Assembly: GCA_030704615.1 (NCBI GenBank)
Contig: CM060734.1
Span: 5,332,001 to 5,396,000, forward strand
DNA length: 64,000 nt
Source: Takakia lepidozioides
Taxonomy: Eukaryota; Plantae; Bryophyta
Direction: 5' to 3'
How positions within the stretch are numbered: position 1 is the stretch's first letter; each line of letters begins with the position of its first letter. Below, one piece after another: positions 24,918 through 38,590 of the stretch. The position numbers and the translations under genes were made by a program. The notes beneath the pieces were generated by a model, which worked only from the letters and a program-made list of their open reading frames with translations, did not search any database and was not told the origin of the DNA.

Positions 24918-25283
24918 CTACTGAAGCTGGTTGGTCATGTCTTGGTCAACACCCTGACCTCCACGTCCTTGGCCATGTTGAGCTTGCCCTTGGCCTACAT
25001 CTCGTGCCTGGCCACCTCGTCCTCTCTGGGCTGCCCCACCTCGCCCCCGGCCACCATTGTTCCTTTGGAACTTGCCTGGGCGCAACTCGGGATGCAAACC
25101 ATAACACTGGGCCTCTCCATGCCCGTGCTTGCCACAATGCCCACACTGCAACTGTGCAGGCTGTGCATGTGCCGGCCCTTTGCCTCCCTCTGGGCAATCC
25201 TTCTTGACATGGGGTCCTCCACATGTCCAACACACCAACTCCGCCCGTTGTTGGCCTGCAAATGAAGGGAGAGACCCTTGCAT
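24918..25283 (-). pseudogene. gag nucleocapsid with two zinc knuckles (element 1)
   Basis: CWTCGGPHVKKDC and CGHCGKHGHGEAQC, followed by an RGG-rich tract. Confidence 0.85.
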
Positions 25284-25699
25284 CTGAGGTCATCTCTGTC
25301 CTTCCCTGAGCTTCACCTGAGCCCATTTGTTGCCTTGAGCACGTTGAGGTAGTGGTTGTACGCTCACTTGTGACCTCCCCTGCCCACTTTTTTCTCATAA
25401 TAAACAATATCTCTTCCCGGAATATAAAACAACCTCAGGTGTCTCTATACTCCACATGCTCAAAACCTCTCAAGATGACATCAATCATACAAATACTGCC
25501 ACCCCCCATCCCACACCCTCTCCATCACCCTCCACTTCAAACTCAAAACTAAATCTATTATCATCTGCCCCATCTGTTCTAACTACATACCCCATCTCCC
25601 CTAGGCCCCTTTCCATATCACACACCCATGACCATCTGGCTCCCCCTACGCCCCCCTCCCCACTTCTAGTCAACCCAGATAACCTTGACCACACCACAA

Positions 25700-26047
25700 T
25701 GATACGGAAATGGTGAAAAGAGGAGAAACCACTCTATCACGTTATATAAGTCAAGCCAATGGCACCTTTGCTAAAGGACTCCACCATACAGACCTCACCC
25801 ACTCTCTATCTCAAGTACTAGAGCTATGGCGGTGAGAGAGGCCTCGGGAGGCTCGACTAGAAGAAGATGAGCCTGCCTACATCTCACGTGGAGATAACCT
25901 CCCCACGTCCCAAGTGAGGTTCGCCACCTCACTTGGCACATGGAACCAAATGAAGTCCCAATGCCAACAAAATACAAATATAAATGTATAATGTCCTAAT
26001 TAGTTAGAAATAACTATTTCTAACTAATCACAAACAAAACCATGACA
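25700..26047 (-). repeat. 3' terminal repeat (segment B) of element 2
   Basis: TGTCATGG...CCGTATCA on the minus strand; about 97% identical to 35623-35970. Confidence 0.92.
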
Positions 26048-26134
26048 GCTGTCGTGCACCTAAGCATCGTGCCACAACATACATCGCTGTCCAACCACAC
26101 TTCCTAGCATATAGTCCTAGAAAGCCACGCCACA

Positions 26135-26146
26135 ATCGCCCCCCTA
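26135..26146 (-). promoter_or_regulatory. Polypurine-tract-like AGGGGGGCGAT followed by TG
   Basis: Same motif in element 1 at 19161-19171; both are followed by TGTGG on the minus strand. Confidence 0.6.
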
Positions 26147-26391
26147 GCTGGTGATTAGGTCCCTCTAACACCGGATAGCTTGCAAGTATCCACCCCAATA
26201 AGATCATCGTTTGGTCTTCAATCGCACAAGTCCCAACTCCTGAAGTCGATAGATCAAGAGGTCGGGTGCAAACGTAGCCCCATCGTTAGTCGCCTTCATG
26301 CAATCCATGATCTTCAGTTGAGTATCCATGGCATTGAAGCCCCACTAGCTAGACCTTGGATCACTTGTCCGCCTCACCATTGTCATGCCCA

Positions 26392-27853
<1,462 letters not shown>

Positions 27854-27862
27854 GCACGTTAT

Positions 27863-29338
27863 CTACATGACCAATCGCATGGGATTGACCTGAGTTCCCA
27901 TTGCTAGAATGCACAAAAAGGCCGATGCATGCCATCCTGGCACCATCTCCTCATCCGTCTCACCATGCCACCGAGCTCCAGTATCATCATGCTCGCTCGT
28001 GCATGGATTACGACTCAATCCATCTGCATCCCGATTGACAATACCGGCTCGATGCACCACCTGGAAGTCGTACTCTTGAAGCATAAGTGCCCACCGTGCA
28101 AGCTTCCCTGTAAGCTTGTCTGACTCCATCAACCACTTCAATGGTTGGTGATCCGTGACAAGGGTGAAGAGATTGCCATAGAGGTAGCATCTGAAATGTG
28201 CCACTGCCCATACCGCAGCTAGACACTCCCCTTCATAGGAACTATACTTCGCCTCGGCATCATTGTTCGAGCGGCTAGCATATGCCACTACGAACTCTCT
28301 TCCCTCATCATCCACCTGTGTAAGCACTGCTCCAATCCCCAGCATACTCCAATCCGTATGTAGCTGGAAAGGCCGCCCCCGAATAGGCCGCCTCAGAATA
28401 GGTGCAGAAGTCAATCGAGCCTTGAGTTCCTCAAAGGCTTCCTCCTGCTCCTCCTCCCACTGCCACTCCTGACCCACCTTGGTCAACTTGGTAAGAGCCT
28501 TTGCAATGCTGCTAAATCCCTTGACAAACGTCGATAGTAGTTTTGTCAATCCCATGAAAGCACGAACTCTGCTCACATCCATGGGGCGTGGAATGCATGC
28601 AATGGCCTCCACCTTTATCTGTTGAACAACCAATCCTCCAGGGTATATCATGTGGCCCAGATACTCAATCTGATTGTGGAAGAACTTGCACTTTCCGGGG
28701 TGCAGTTTCAACCCGTGCGCTCTCAAGCGCTCAAATACCACCTGAAGGTGTCTCTCAGGCTCCTCAACCGTAGCACTAAAGACAATGATACCATCAATGT
28801 AGCACCGGGCGAAGTCTAGCCCGCGAATCCTATCCATGACCCTCTGAAACTCTGCAGGAGCATTCTTCAACCCAAACGGTAAGAACCGCCATTGGTACAA
28901 ACAATCATTCCCATGTTGGTCAATCCCCCAGAATGTCGTCTTTTGCTTGTCAGCCTCTTTGATTGGCAACTGGTGGTAACCGGATCGCAAGTCCAATGTG
29001 CTAAACACCTTTGCATGCCCAATGGCATCAAAGATCTCCTCTGGAGTTGGCATGGCATATCTATCGGACTTAGTCTGACGGTTCACATGGCGATAGTCCC
29101 CACACATCCTTCTTTCTGTCCAATTGCCATAGATATCCTTCTTAGCTCACATCACCGTTGCCGAGGCATACTCCCCGCCTGACAACTCCACCAATCCAGC
29201 TTCGAACAACTCCATAGTCCGTGACTGGATCAATGACCTCTCCATGTCACTATACCGGTAGGGCCTTCGAAAGATTGGCGTGTCACTTGCCAAATCAATA
29301 CGAATCTCTTGACCCTTCAAACTCCCCAAATCCTTCAA
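27863..29338 (-). pseudogene. Reverse transcriptase / RNase H (element 2)
   Basis: CGDYR..N, LDLRSGYHQ, LPFGLKNAP, YIDG (mutated YIDD), LHTDWS, YEGECLA, TDHQPL. Confidence 0.95.
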
Positions 29339-29550
29339 ACCGAAGGCAAAGCAATTTCTATAAGCCCTTAGAAATTGCTGGATCCTCCGTCTCTCTCCTC
29401 CGGTGACTGTAGGTCCAACATCTGGTTCCCAATTGTCCTCGGTGACTGCAACCTTGGGTACACCAGGCTTGGAGGTAGGAGACGAATCCTTTGGTTGCTA
29501 GATAGCAACCTCTTGGGCCTTGTCCGCCCAATCTGACTGTGGCGTAGCCT

Positions 29551-31032
29551 TCACTTGCTCCGCCATAGCCACCTTTGGAGAACATCCTCTGAGCAAGAAA
29601 CATTCTCAACCTCTTCAAAAACCTTGGTCACCTTGGCCTCCAACTGATCCTCAGTCCATGGCTCTCCCCACTCCTCATACTGCTGCTTGAGAGATCCAAT
29701 GACTCTCTCTTTGTGCATATCATCCCACATCTGCCATGGGTGTTTGCAACCCACGATCATATGCTCACCCCCACTCACTGCCTCAACTGTCCCGGTTGGC
29801 AGGGATGATGCACTATCCAATGGGAGTGCAGAAGTAGCCATCAATGCTTGCAATCTCCGTTGCTCAGCCATGCACAAGCCAATGACCCATGTCAAGCAAT
29901 TTAGATCCATTGCTTGACCCAACACTTGGCGGCGTGATGCCTCTGACAGAGCTGGCACCTCTGTAGTGCCGGTGGCAAATCCCATTGCCCACTCTCGCTC
30001 ATCCGCATTGGGCTCCACCAATTGTTGTAGCACACTATCCCAAATCAACCTAGGACCATTGTGTCGAAAAGCATGAGACGAGGGAAAGCTCATGAGCGTA
30101 GGCAAGGCCGCACGTGGCTGCCCCACTCGATTGACCACTGTTAGAGGTGGACGGTCATCATGTCGTACCCTTTGTGGTTGCCTTCCTTGGTCCAAAATGC
30201 TTTCAACCATGAGATTGGGTGACCGTTGAATGGAATCATATGCTCTCTTGATCAGCTCTGGTGGTGCAAGATTGGTCCACCACAATCGAGGTCGATGCGC
30301 GCCTGATCCCACCGCTGCTGCATCCAATAGCACCGCCGATCCAATCCAAGACTGCACCTGATGCACACTGGCCATAACCCTCGCCCGAGAATCCCCCATA
30401 AGAGGAACATTCTCCAAGATATAGCCTAGAGGTTGCACTTGTCTCGTCTGCAAGTCCCGCAACAGTCGCAACATCTCCCAAAACAAATGTGATCGTGCAT
30501 CATGCAAGTCATTTCCATGACTTGCGGGAGAGTGTCCTTGGCAAGGCCATCCCGCTATCACCAAGTCAATTGCACCATGCCGGCCCAAATCATCCGCCCC
30601 CAGCAAGGTAATGTCTGCTGGCAAGGCCTTTTGGTACCCTTGAATTGCTGAGAGAGACAACAACTCAGGATACCGGTGTGTGAGCAAGGCGATGTGGTGC
30701 ATATAAATACGTTGAGCTATCTCATCCTTCTCCACATACAAGTACTTGCGTACTTTAATCCCTGCTTGCAACATTCCTGCAAGCCCAGTTTTCATGCCTC
30801 CAAACAGGTCTAGCAAACAAATTCCTGAGTCAGGTTGTTGCCAGGTAATGGGCACCGTGTCCAAAGGAGCTAACTCAGGAGGTCCAGGTGATGTCACTGA
30901 ACTCCCCTCACTCATCAATGGAAAGGCCTCCTGCCATGCTTGGTGCAGACACTCGCCTGCTACTCGATGCAAATTCCCAACCGTACCCCAAAGTAGAATA
31001 TGCACAGGCACATGAGGAAGCAAATCAGCCAA
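29551..31032 (-). CDS. DNMT3-like DNA (cytosine-5) methyltransferase domain of the pol polyprotein, uninterrupted
   Basis: Motifs in canonical order: I LDLFGG, II YVEKD, IV IAGWPCQG, VI ILENV, VIII AHRPRLWWTN, X RRQVLGQAMD. Confidence 0.93.
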   Translation of the reverse strand: MADLLPHVPVHILLWGTVGNLHRVAGECLHQAWQEAFPLMSEGSSVTSPGPPELAPLDTVPITWQQPDSGICLLDLFGGMKTGLAGMLQAGIKVRKYLYVEKDEIAQRIYMHHIALLTHRYPELLSLSAIQGYQKALPADITLLGADDLGRHGAIDLVIAGWPCQGHSPASHGNDLHDARSHLFWEMLRLLRDLQTRQVQPLGYILENVPLMGDSRARVMASVHQVQSWIGSAVLLDAAAVGSGAHRPRLWWTNLAPPELIKRAYDSIQRSPNLMVESILDQGRQPQRVRHDDRPPLTVVNRVGQPRAALPTLMSFPSSHAFRHNGPRLIWDSVLQQLVEPNADEREWAMGFATGTTEVPALSEASRRQVLGQAMDLNCLTWVIGLCMAEQRRLQALMATSALPLDSASSLPTGTVEAVSGGEHMIVGCKHPWQMWDDMHKERVIGSLKQQYEEWGEPWTEDQLEAKVTKVFEEVENVSCSEDVLQRWLWRSK

Positions 31033-31493
31033 TTGTCTGTCCTCATTAGGTGATGGCCTATCATCTGCATGGCTATTGCCCTGGCTGCACCTTGCTTTGC
31101 AGCACCACCCACTGGCATTTCCCGAGCCACACCAACTCTCCCCACTGGCACTCGTGGTTCTACCTCTAACACACTTGGGCGAGCGGGTACCATCGATGGC
31201 GTAGTTGGCACTGTCTCAGCCAATGTGAAAGACTGTGGAAGCCTTATCTGTCGATTTGCTTCCCCTCTTTGTGGATCAAAATCCACATCTGCTCCTCTTG
31301 GCTCAAGAGCACGGGCTGTTGCTTGAGTGACAGCAGATGCAGAGTCCACATGCAATGGTCCTGCAAGTGCGGCTCCACACATGAAGCCCATACCAATCTG
31401 GTCTTCCCTAGGCATAGGAGGTTGTGCAGGTGGGGCTTGAACCTCAGGCCTTGGAGCTGGTGCAACATGCGTAGTGGCCATGGTAGTAAGACG

Positions 31494-33050
31494 TCACTCT
31501 AGCTGGGCAAGCTTATCCACCATGTCTTGGTCATGACCTTGATCTTGACCTTGTGCTCCCTGGTTTTGATTATGACCTCCACCGCAACCTCTGCCTCCTC
31601 TACCTCTCTGGACCACATTGCCTCGTCCTCGGCCACCATTGTTCCTTTGGAACTGGCCTGGCCGTAGCTCAGGATGCAAGTCATAACAATGGGCCTCCTC
31701 ATGCCCATACTTGCCACAATGCCCGCACTGTAGTTGTGTAGGCTGTGCCTGTGCCGGCCCTTTGCCTCTCTCTCTCCGGGCAATCTCTCTTAACATGGGG
31801 TCCTCCACAATCCCAACATGTCACACCCAACTGTTGTTGGCCTGAGAATGAAGGAAATGACCTCTGCAATTGAGATCATCTTTGTCCTTCCCTGGGCTTC
31901 ACCTAAGCCCCCTGGTTGCCTTGAGCACGTTGGGGTAGTGGTTGTTGTTGGCTAGGAGCCCCACTTCATTGTGTCTCCTTACCAAACCCCACCATGACTA
32001 CTCACTCCTCCACCATATTGAGCTCTATCCGCTCTGCCAGCAAAAACACGTTTGCTAAGGTGGGTTGGTCTACTTGTAGGAGAGTTGCATCCCGCACCCT
32101 TCTCCTCAGCTCCTTGTCCAATACCCCATACCAGAATTGGACTGCTTGAGCTTCCGTAACTCATTGGGTCACATTTATCAATCGCCTCATGCGTGTGTAA
32201 GCCTCCCTCAAACTCTCAGTAGGCCTCCGCTGGAACTCTTGCAAGTTCCACAACTTCTCTGTCCTTATTCCCTGGTAGTTTCTCCTCAACTCCTCGAAGA
32301 ACTCCACAACTGGGTTAAAGGCAGGCATGGGTGCTGGTGCTGCAGCAGGAGCTTGAGTGGATTTCCCAGCTTCATCTTTACTTGTCCCACTACTAGTGCT
32401 TGCAGTTGGGGATGTTGGTGTAGCTGCTGGTGTCGCCGTTGCTCTTGTGCCTCTAGTGATGGAGATATAGTCAGGTGACCAATATTGTCGCCACTCCTCA
32501 ATCTCCACCTCATTTCCCCGCCTAAACTCATGGTAGTCATCCATAGGCGGCCCCTCAAGGTGCTGAAACAGCCCCTTCCACGCCATAAAAGACGTAAACA
32601 GTTGTGGATTGCGCATTTGCTGCAAATCACACCAACTATCAAACTCCTATATGAAATCATTAAGCTTGATGGTGTCCACAGCTCCCGAGTACCGACATGG
32701 CTCTTTGGTAGCTCCATACATTTCCTCCATCGTATCCCACAACAATGGCACGGAAATGGCTTGTACCCTCGGCGAGAATCCTCCTAATTCTGAGTCTGAA
32801 CCTTCCTCAAAAGACACTGAAGGTGAAGGTGGCCTAAACCGCACACCTCGTCTTGTATACCCACTAGTATCGCTGGTGCTCGTACCGGCACTCTCCTCAG
32901 CAACTGGTGGCACCTCCGTGATGAAAACTCACACTCAAACCGGCTATCAACTTGTCTCTAATCCCCCTTTCCACAAGGTACCGGGTAGTGAACCTGTTGC
33001 GGCTTATGGTTTGGAATACTAGGTTCGTATTCTAAACCTGCACTTGCACC
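31494..33050 (-). pseudogene. gag (capsid plus zinc knuckles), element 2
   Basis: LQEFQRRPTESLREAYTR (major homology region), CGHCGKYGHEEAHC; frameshifted. Confidence 0.88.
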
Positions 33051-33619
33051 TGCATCCACCACAGGCACTCCTATGGTCTGCTGATCATCAACCCAGCCTC
33101 ACCATAAGAGAAACAATGATGCTCTGCTGGTCATCACCCCAACCTCACCACCGACAGCACGCTCTAGGATTGGCCGGCCACAATATTTCCGGCACAACCA
33201 CCTATAAAAGCAAGCGCCCAAACTCAAACAACAATGACTCCCACAGCTTAAATCAATCGATCTCCTTGCGGCTTCAATAAACCTGCAAGATGGCCAAGTC
33301 TCCAAACTAGCTCTGCCTCCGCTTACGGAAATTTTTTGGCCTACAAGAATGATGGAAGACTATAGAGAAGGGAAGCTAAAGCAATCTCTAAGCCCAGAAT
33401 GCTCTCATCCCATTACTCCCCCTATCTTCACACTCACTCTTGCTCAAGCAATAGATAAGACTATCCTTAAATAACCTCTCAAATAACTCTCAAGAGCCCT
33501 CAAATTATTGCCATGAACTTCTGAAATCTGCCCTCAATCAGCCCCTAACATAGACCCACCGAGGTTCAAGAAGTTCGCAAACTTGGACTCTAAACAGTCC
33601 ACCAAAAGACCCTAGGTGC

Positions 33620-34240
33620 CCGCCAATTTGTGGCCTCCAAGGTCTTCAACCAGCCCTCACAATGGCTCCACAAGCCTGCCAAGTATTGGCCTCCAATGAC
33701 CACCAACAGTCCTCCAACAACCCTTAAAGAAGCTCCTCAAATCTGCCGAGTATTGGCCTCCAATGACCTCCAACAGTCCTCCAACAGCCCTTAAGAAGCT
33801 CCTCAAATCTCCGAGTATTTGCCTCCAAGGACCTCCAACAGTCCTCCTACAACCCTTAAGAAGCTCCTCAAATCTGCCAAGTATTGGCCTCCAAGGACCT
33901 CCAATAGTCCCCCAAAGAGCTCTTAGAAACCTCCATAAGCCTGCCCAATATGGGCCTCCAAGGACCCCCAATCATCCTCCATCCAGCCCTCACAAGGCTC
34001 CACAGGCCTGCCAAACATTGGCCTCAAGGACCCCAAATAATCCTTCAAACAGCCCCAAGCAGGCTCCACAAGCCTGCAAGATATTGGCTTCAATATACCC
34101 CAAATAGTCCTCAAAGCAGGCCCCAATACCTGTAAGATATTGGCCTCAATAGACCCCAAATAGTCCTCAAAGCAGGCCCCAATCCCTGCAAGATATTGGC
34201 CTCAATAGACCCCAAATAGTCCTCAAAGCAGGCCCCATAA
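33620..34240. repeat. Minisatellite with TATTGGCCTC core (~53-63 bp units) in the element 2 leader
   Basis: About 10 recurrences of (A/G)TATTGGCCTC(C)AA...AGTCCTC. Confidence 0.85.
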
Positions 34241-34269
34241 CGCTCCAAAAATATCCATAGTCAGTCGAT

Positions 34270-34741
34270 TTTTCATCCGTCACTGACCAAAATTCATCCA
34301 AAACCGCGATTTCTCATCCGCAGGTCCGATACTTCATCCACCACGATAGTTCATCCGTCGGTGCGATATTTCATCCGCTGGCACAGTTTCATCCGTTGCC
34401 GCGATTTTTCATCCGATGGCACGATAGTTCATCCGCTCACGCAGTTTCATCCGTCGAAGTGATTTTTCATCCGATAGCGCGATAGTTCATCCGCTGATGA
34501 GATTTCATCCACTGACGCAGTTTCATCCGTCCCCGTAATTTTTCATCCGATAGCGTGATAGTTCATCTGCTGACTTGATTTCATCCGCTGGCACAGTTTC
34601 ATCCGTTGCCGTGATTTTTCATCTGATAGCGTGATAGTTCATCCGATGCCGAGATTTCATCCGTTGGCGCAGTTTCATCCATTGCAACCGATTCTCATCC
34701 AAGAGTGCCAATTTTCATCCACTGGCTCAATAGTTCATCCG
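34270..34741. repeat. Array of ~25 TTCATCC cores at 18-20 bp period with variable CpG-rich linkers
   Basis: Read directly from sequence; 3-4-unit higher-order repeats are visible. Confidence 0.9.
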
Positions 34742-34777
34742 AAGGGACAATGGTGGTGCTCCCAACTCTGGGGCAAT

Positions 34778-34888
34778 GTTCCCACGAGTTCCCAAGGAGT
34801 TCCCAAGCGTTCTCATGCGTTCCCTCGAATTCCCAAGGAGTTCACACGCGTTCCGAAGCGTTCCCACGCGTTCCCAAACTAGGGTTTT
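34778..34888. repeat. GTTCCCA 11-12 bp periodic array ending in a telo-box-like TAGGGTTTT
   Basis: About 9 GTTCC(C/G) cores. Confidence 0.75.
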
Positions 34889-35622
34889 CGCCGCTTTGCC
34901 TCTGCGATTGCTGCAACGAGCTATGGCTTCTATGGAGCAACCAGAGGTGTTGTTCTTGGTTTCTTGAGCATCAATAGACCACCAAGAGTGCCTCTAACTC
35001 CCTGAGCAAGCTATTTGCCACATAACAAACTCTCTTTCTCTATAGAACTTATTGAAATAAGCATAGAACAAGCTATTGAGCTTTCTATGGCATACCCTCT
35101 TCTAGCCATCACATGCACTCATAGTGCTTCTTTCCATGGCCATAGTGCACCTCTTAGAGCTCCTAATCCAGCACTGCACTTGCCACTTCCATAGACATGC
35201 TCTTCCCAAGCTTGGGATTGAAACCCCAACTCAAAGCATGCTCTACAAATACACTATTCTGCCCCAAAGAGAAATCAGATGTCTACCTCCACTCATAGCT
35301 CTCCTAAGCTTGAAGTTGAAGACTCCCACAAGCTGAAACCATGCTCCACACATGCACCGCTTGCTCCCTTAACACCTGAGCTCTTCTTGAACTCCTCAAA
35401 CCCTGCAACACTTGCAGAACAAGAGTTTTTTCACAAGCTCTCAAACTTTTCAATGGGCTCTCCTTGAAGACCTCTTCTTGTACATAAACACCACAAGACT
35501 TTCCTCTTGCAAACCCTGCAACACCTTGTAACTTAAGAGCTATTTACCAAGCTCTCTTCCACACACAAGTGATAACTATGCTAACACCTTGCACTCATAG
35601 ATGTAAGCAGGTCTTCTTCTAG

Positions 35623-35970
35623 TGATACGGAAATGGTGAAAAGAGGAGAAACCACTCTATCACGTTATATAAGTCAAGCCAATGGCACCTTTGCTAAAGG
35701 TCTCCACCATACGGACCTCACCCACTCTCCATTTCAAGTACTAGAGCTATGGCGGCGAGAGAGGCCTCGGGAGGCTCGACTAGAAGAAGACGAGCCTGCC
35801 TACGTCTCACGTGGAGATAACCTCCCCTCGTCCCAAGTGAGGTTCGTCACCTCACTTGGCACATGGAACCAAATGAAGTTCCAATGCCAACAAAATACAA
35901 ATATAAATGTATAATGTCCTAATTAGTTAGAAATAACTATTTCTAACTAATCACAAACAAAACCATGACA
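35623..35970 (-). repeat. 5' terminal repeat (segment B) of element 2
   Basis: Direct repeat of 25700-26047. Confidence 0.92.
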
Positions 35971-37060
35971 GCTTTAAAGCATTCGTGTATAGGGGGTATG
36001 GGGATTGTAAAGTTCTTATGAAGTGCGGAGATGCTGGCATTGTGGATGCCACCTCGTGTACCAGCAGTGATGACAGTTAACGGGCCAGTGGACCATCCGC
36101 GTTGGCGGATAGCTAGGATAAGCGGAGCATTTTTTTGACGTTTTTCTAGGGTGGAGGTGCTAGGGTAGCGGGGTCATGGTAGTATGTGAGTTCAATGAAG
36201 TGTATGGTGAGGTTGGGAGATGGGGCATTGTGTGGCGTGGTGTATATGGGTAGACCTTGTACCAGTAGGATGTCCGGGGATAGTTGGGCAGGGTAGGTGG
36301 CGCCGACAGGTGCATGGAAGTAGTCATGTTGGTACAGTGTGATCCGGAGGTCTGCCTTAGTAGGTGCCGGCATTGATAAGTGAGAACCAACGAATTTCAA
36401 GGCGTTGTAGGAGAAGTTTATGGATGTGCCAGACAACATGATTATGTCGGGCAATACGGAGACCATGGATGACGAGGTGGGAGCATTGGCTAAGGAGGTG
36501 GGGCTATGTGTCACGGACCATGTGGGTGTGGGTGCAGAGTGAACAATTCGGGGAGGGGTAGAGGCATGGCTAGAAGGTGTGTTTGCGTTGGTGGCCCATG
36601 GATTGAGCATATCTAAATTTGAGGGTTTGTCGTATTTGTGCATCAGTAGCGACTTTGGTGTGCCAGAAGTGGTCGGACAATTTATGGTGTAGTATAGTGG
36701 ATTGCGTCCATTTCTGGATGTGTCTCTTGGTATGACTGGTAGAGGCGGAAGCTTGTTTGCTAGCCTCCCAAGTAAGTACGGTTAAAAGGTTGCGGATAGG
36801 TCGGGACTCAGGGGGCTCGGGAACGGGGTATATGAGCCAGAAGGGGTGGGTGTGTGTGATGTGGATGGGGTCTGTTGTGGGATCTACGGGGGGCCGGGTG
36901 GCCCCCTGTTGGGCTAGGAGGTCGGCTGCATCGTTGCCAGAGATACCAGTATGTGAGCGGACTTTGATAAGATAAATTGGTTGGTTGGAGCCACTGATAG
37001 TGTGAAGTCCTCTGCTGGGGTTTAGTTGAAACACGAGTACCCTCCAAATGGCATATCCTA
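35971..37060 (-). mobile_element. Non-LTR retrotransposon C-terminus: RNase H, CCHC finger, restriction-like endonuclease
   Basis: IKVRSHTGISGNDAADLLA (RNase H), CSLC...DT*PHLLSQC...IARHN, SPDILLVQG...IHFIELTY (PD-D/E type). Confidence 0.82.
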
Positions 37061-38149
37061 ATGTGGGGAGTCTTATGGCCATTCTAGCTTGCTGCTTCTG
37101 CTGGCTAAATGAACATTTGTATTACATTCTCAAGAAGACAAAATTGCAGTACTTGTTGGAATTGTGACGAATGATACAAGACTATATGAGGTGCCAGCAT
37201 TGAAGGTGGCTGCTCTCCGCTTCACTGAAGGTGGCTAAACTTATATTAGCGACAACTATGGAAGGCAAAAGCTTGTGAGTGGCATGGTAAGCCCCTAACC
37301 TGTTCCTAAGCACTTAGCAATAGATCGCGTAGCCCAAAAACCACTTGAAGTATCTGTGTAGGAAGGGGCTATTAAATTTTCAACATGGCTGAAGCCAACA
37401 TCACTGGTACTTCAGCACGACAGCACCATCAAGATACCTTCCTCTCTTTTTTGTGAGAAGATGTGACCGTAGCCATTGTTCTGCTATCTCTCATTTGTTC
37501 ATATAGTGCAAGGGCAGCAGGTCACTTGCCAACATTGTTGTTTGTTATGGTGACTTTGTCAAAGCTAAAATTGTATCAAATGATGTGGGAAAGGGTGCAA
37601 CCCAACCACATCATGCTCATTTGTATTTGCAATGTATGTGTGGGCTTGGTAGTTCTGGAAAAGTAGGGAGAAAAGGTACAGAAGTCCATGGTGACATCAT
37701 GAAGCTGAAAATTGGTATATCTTAGGCATGGGTCAACGTTGAAACATAGAACAATGTGGGCTAGAGTTCTTAAGCTCACTCACAATGGTGGGACCTTAGC
37801 CTTGACGAGGTGAGCTTTCTTAAGCCTTCTCTGAGGAAAGCGTGAGGAAGGTTGGCACTGTGAAGTGAATTTGTTGGTATGTTGAGATTGGGTTTCAATC
37901 TCGAGCTTCAGCATTGAGAGGGCTCTTGTCATGGCAAGAGCAGGGCTGGAACATGAGCTAAGAGGTGCGGCAAGGCCATGGAATGTGCACCTAGGGTTTC
38001 AGAGCAGAAGAGATCTTGCACCACAAGAGGAGTGTCTTGTGGCTGGAAATGTAAGCCTTAGGGTTTCAGGAGCTTGGCAAAGGCTGTGGAGTGCTTAGTC
38101 TTGTCTTAGAGAGCATCAAGGAGCCAAGGAGCCAAGATACGTGGCTGAT

Positions 38150-38327
38150 ACCTTTTGTGTGAAGGGGTCAGCTTGTGAAGTTGCTTCCTATTGCTGATCC
38201 AACCCTTGGAGAGGGGTTTCTCCAAGAACTTAAACTGCATTGGTCACGTGTAAAGGCAGGATCAGAGGAAATGACCCAAGAGAAAATGGTGAACATTGCT
38301 ACCGCCCGGGTGGATCCTGAAGAAAAG
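38150..38327 (+). pseudogene. Inverted exon of the ParB-domain gene
   Basis: LVKLLPIADPTLGEGFLQELKLHWSR...VDPEEK then GT; matches the exon ending at 3311, including intron position. Confidence 0.7.
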
Positions 38328-38590
38328 GTGGAATGGCTACATATATGGAATGGAGACCAAACACTTCACTCTTGTGTTGCTCCCTTGCTTTCAATCCAGC
38401 CTGTCTCATTGTATCTTCAAGGCCCTCTTGACTCTTTGGCCCCTCAACAAGTTTGTAAGCTTCCCCCGCCATGCGTTGGGCCTCAACAATATCATGCTGC
38501 CAAAAGAACCAAAATAGTTCATAACATGAACCAGAGGTGAATCTTGTCTATGGATGCAAAGAATGAAACTTGGTTAAGACATGATATTAC

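Larger units (their letters stand above)
18733..25383 (-). mobile_element. Ty3/Gypsy element 1 with DNA methyltransferase and PHD finger (heavily frameshifted, 5' part displaced)
   Basis: Minus-strand order: two gag zinc knuckles, aspartic protease, C5-MTase, RT, RNase H, HHCC/DDE integrase, PHD finger, purine tract AGGGGGGCGAT (19171-19161), terminal repeats. Confidence 0.92.

Noticed and set aside
29551-31032. Host DRM/DNMT3 gene or bacterial contamination
   Set aside because: Intronless, inside terminal repeats between gag and RT, and present at the same position in a second element in frame with the protease.
34270-34741. Repeat-spacer pattern resembling a CRISPR array
   Set aside because: The core is only 7 bp, linkers are ~11-13 bp and recur in higher-order units, there are no cas genes, and the context is a eukaryotic retrotransposon leader.
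35590-35622. tRNA primer-binding site after the 5' repeat of element 2
   Set aside because: Reads CTAGAAGAAGACC on the minus strand, with no TGG start or recognisable tRNA complement.
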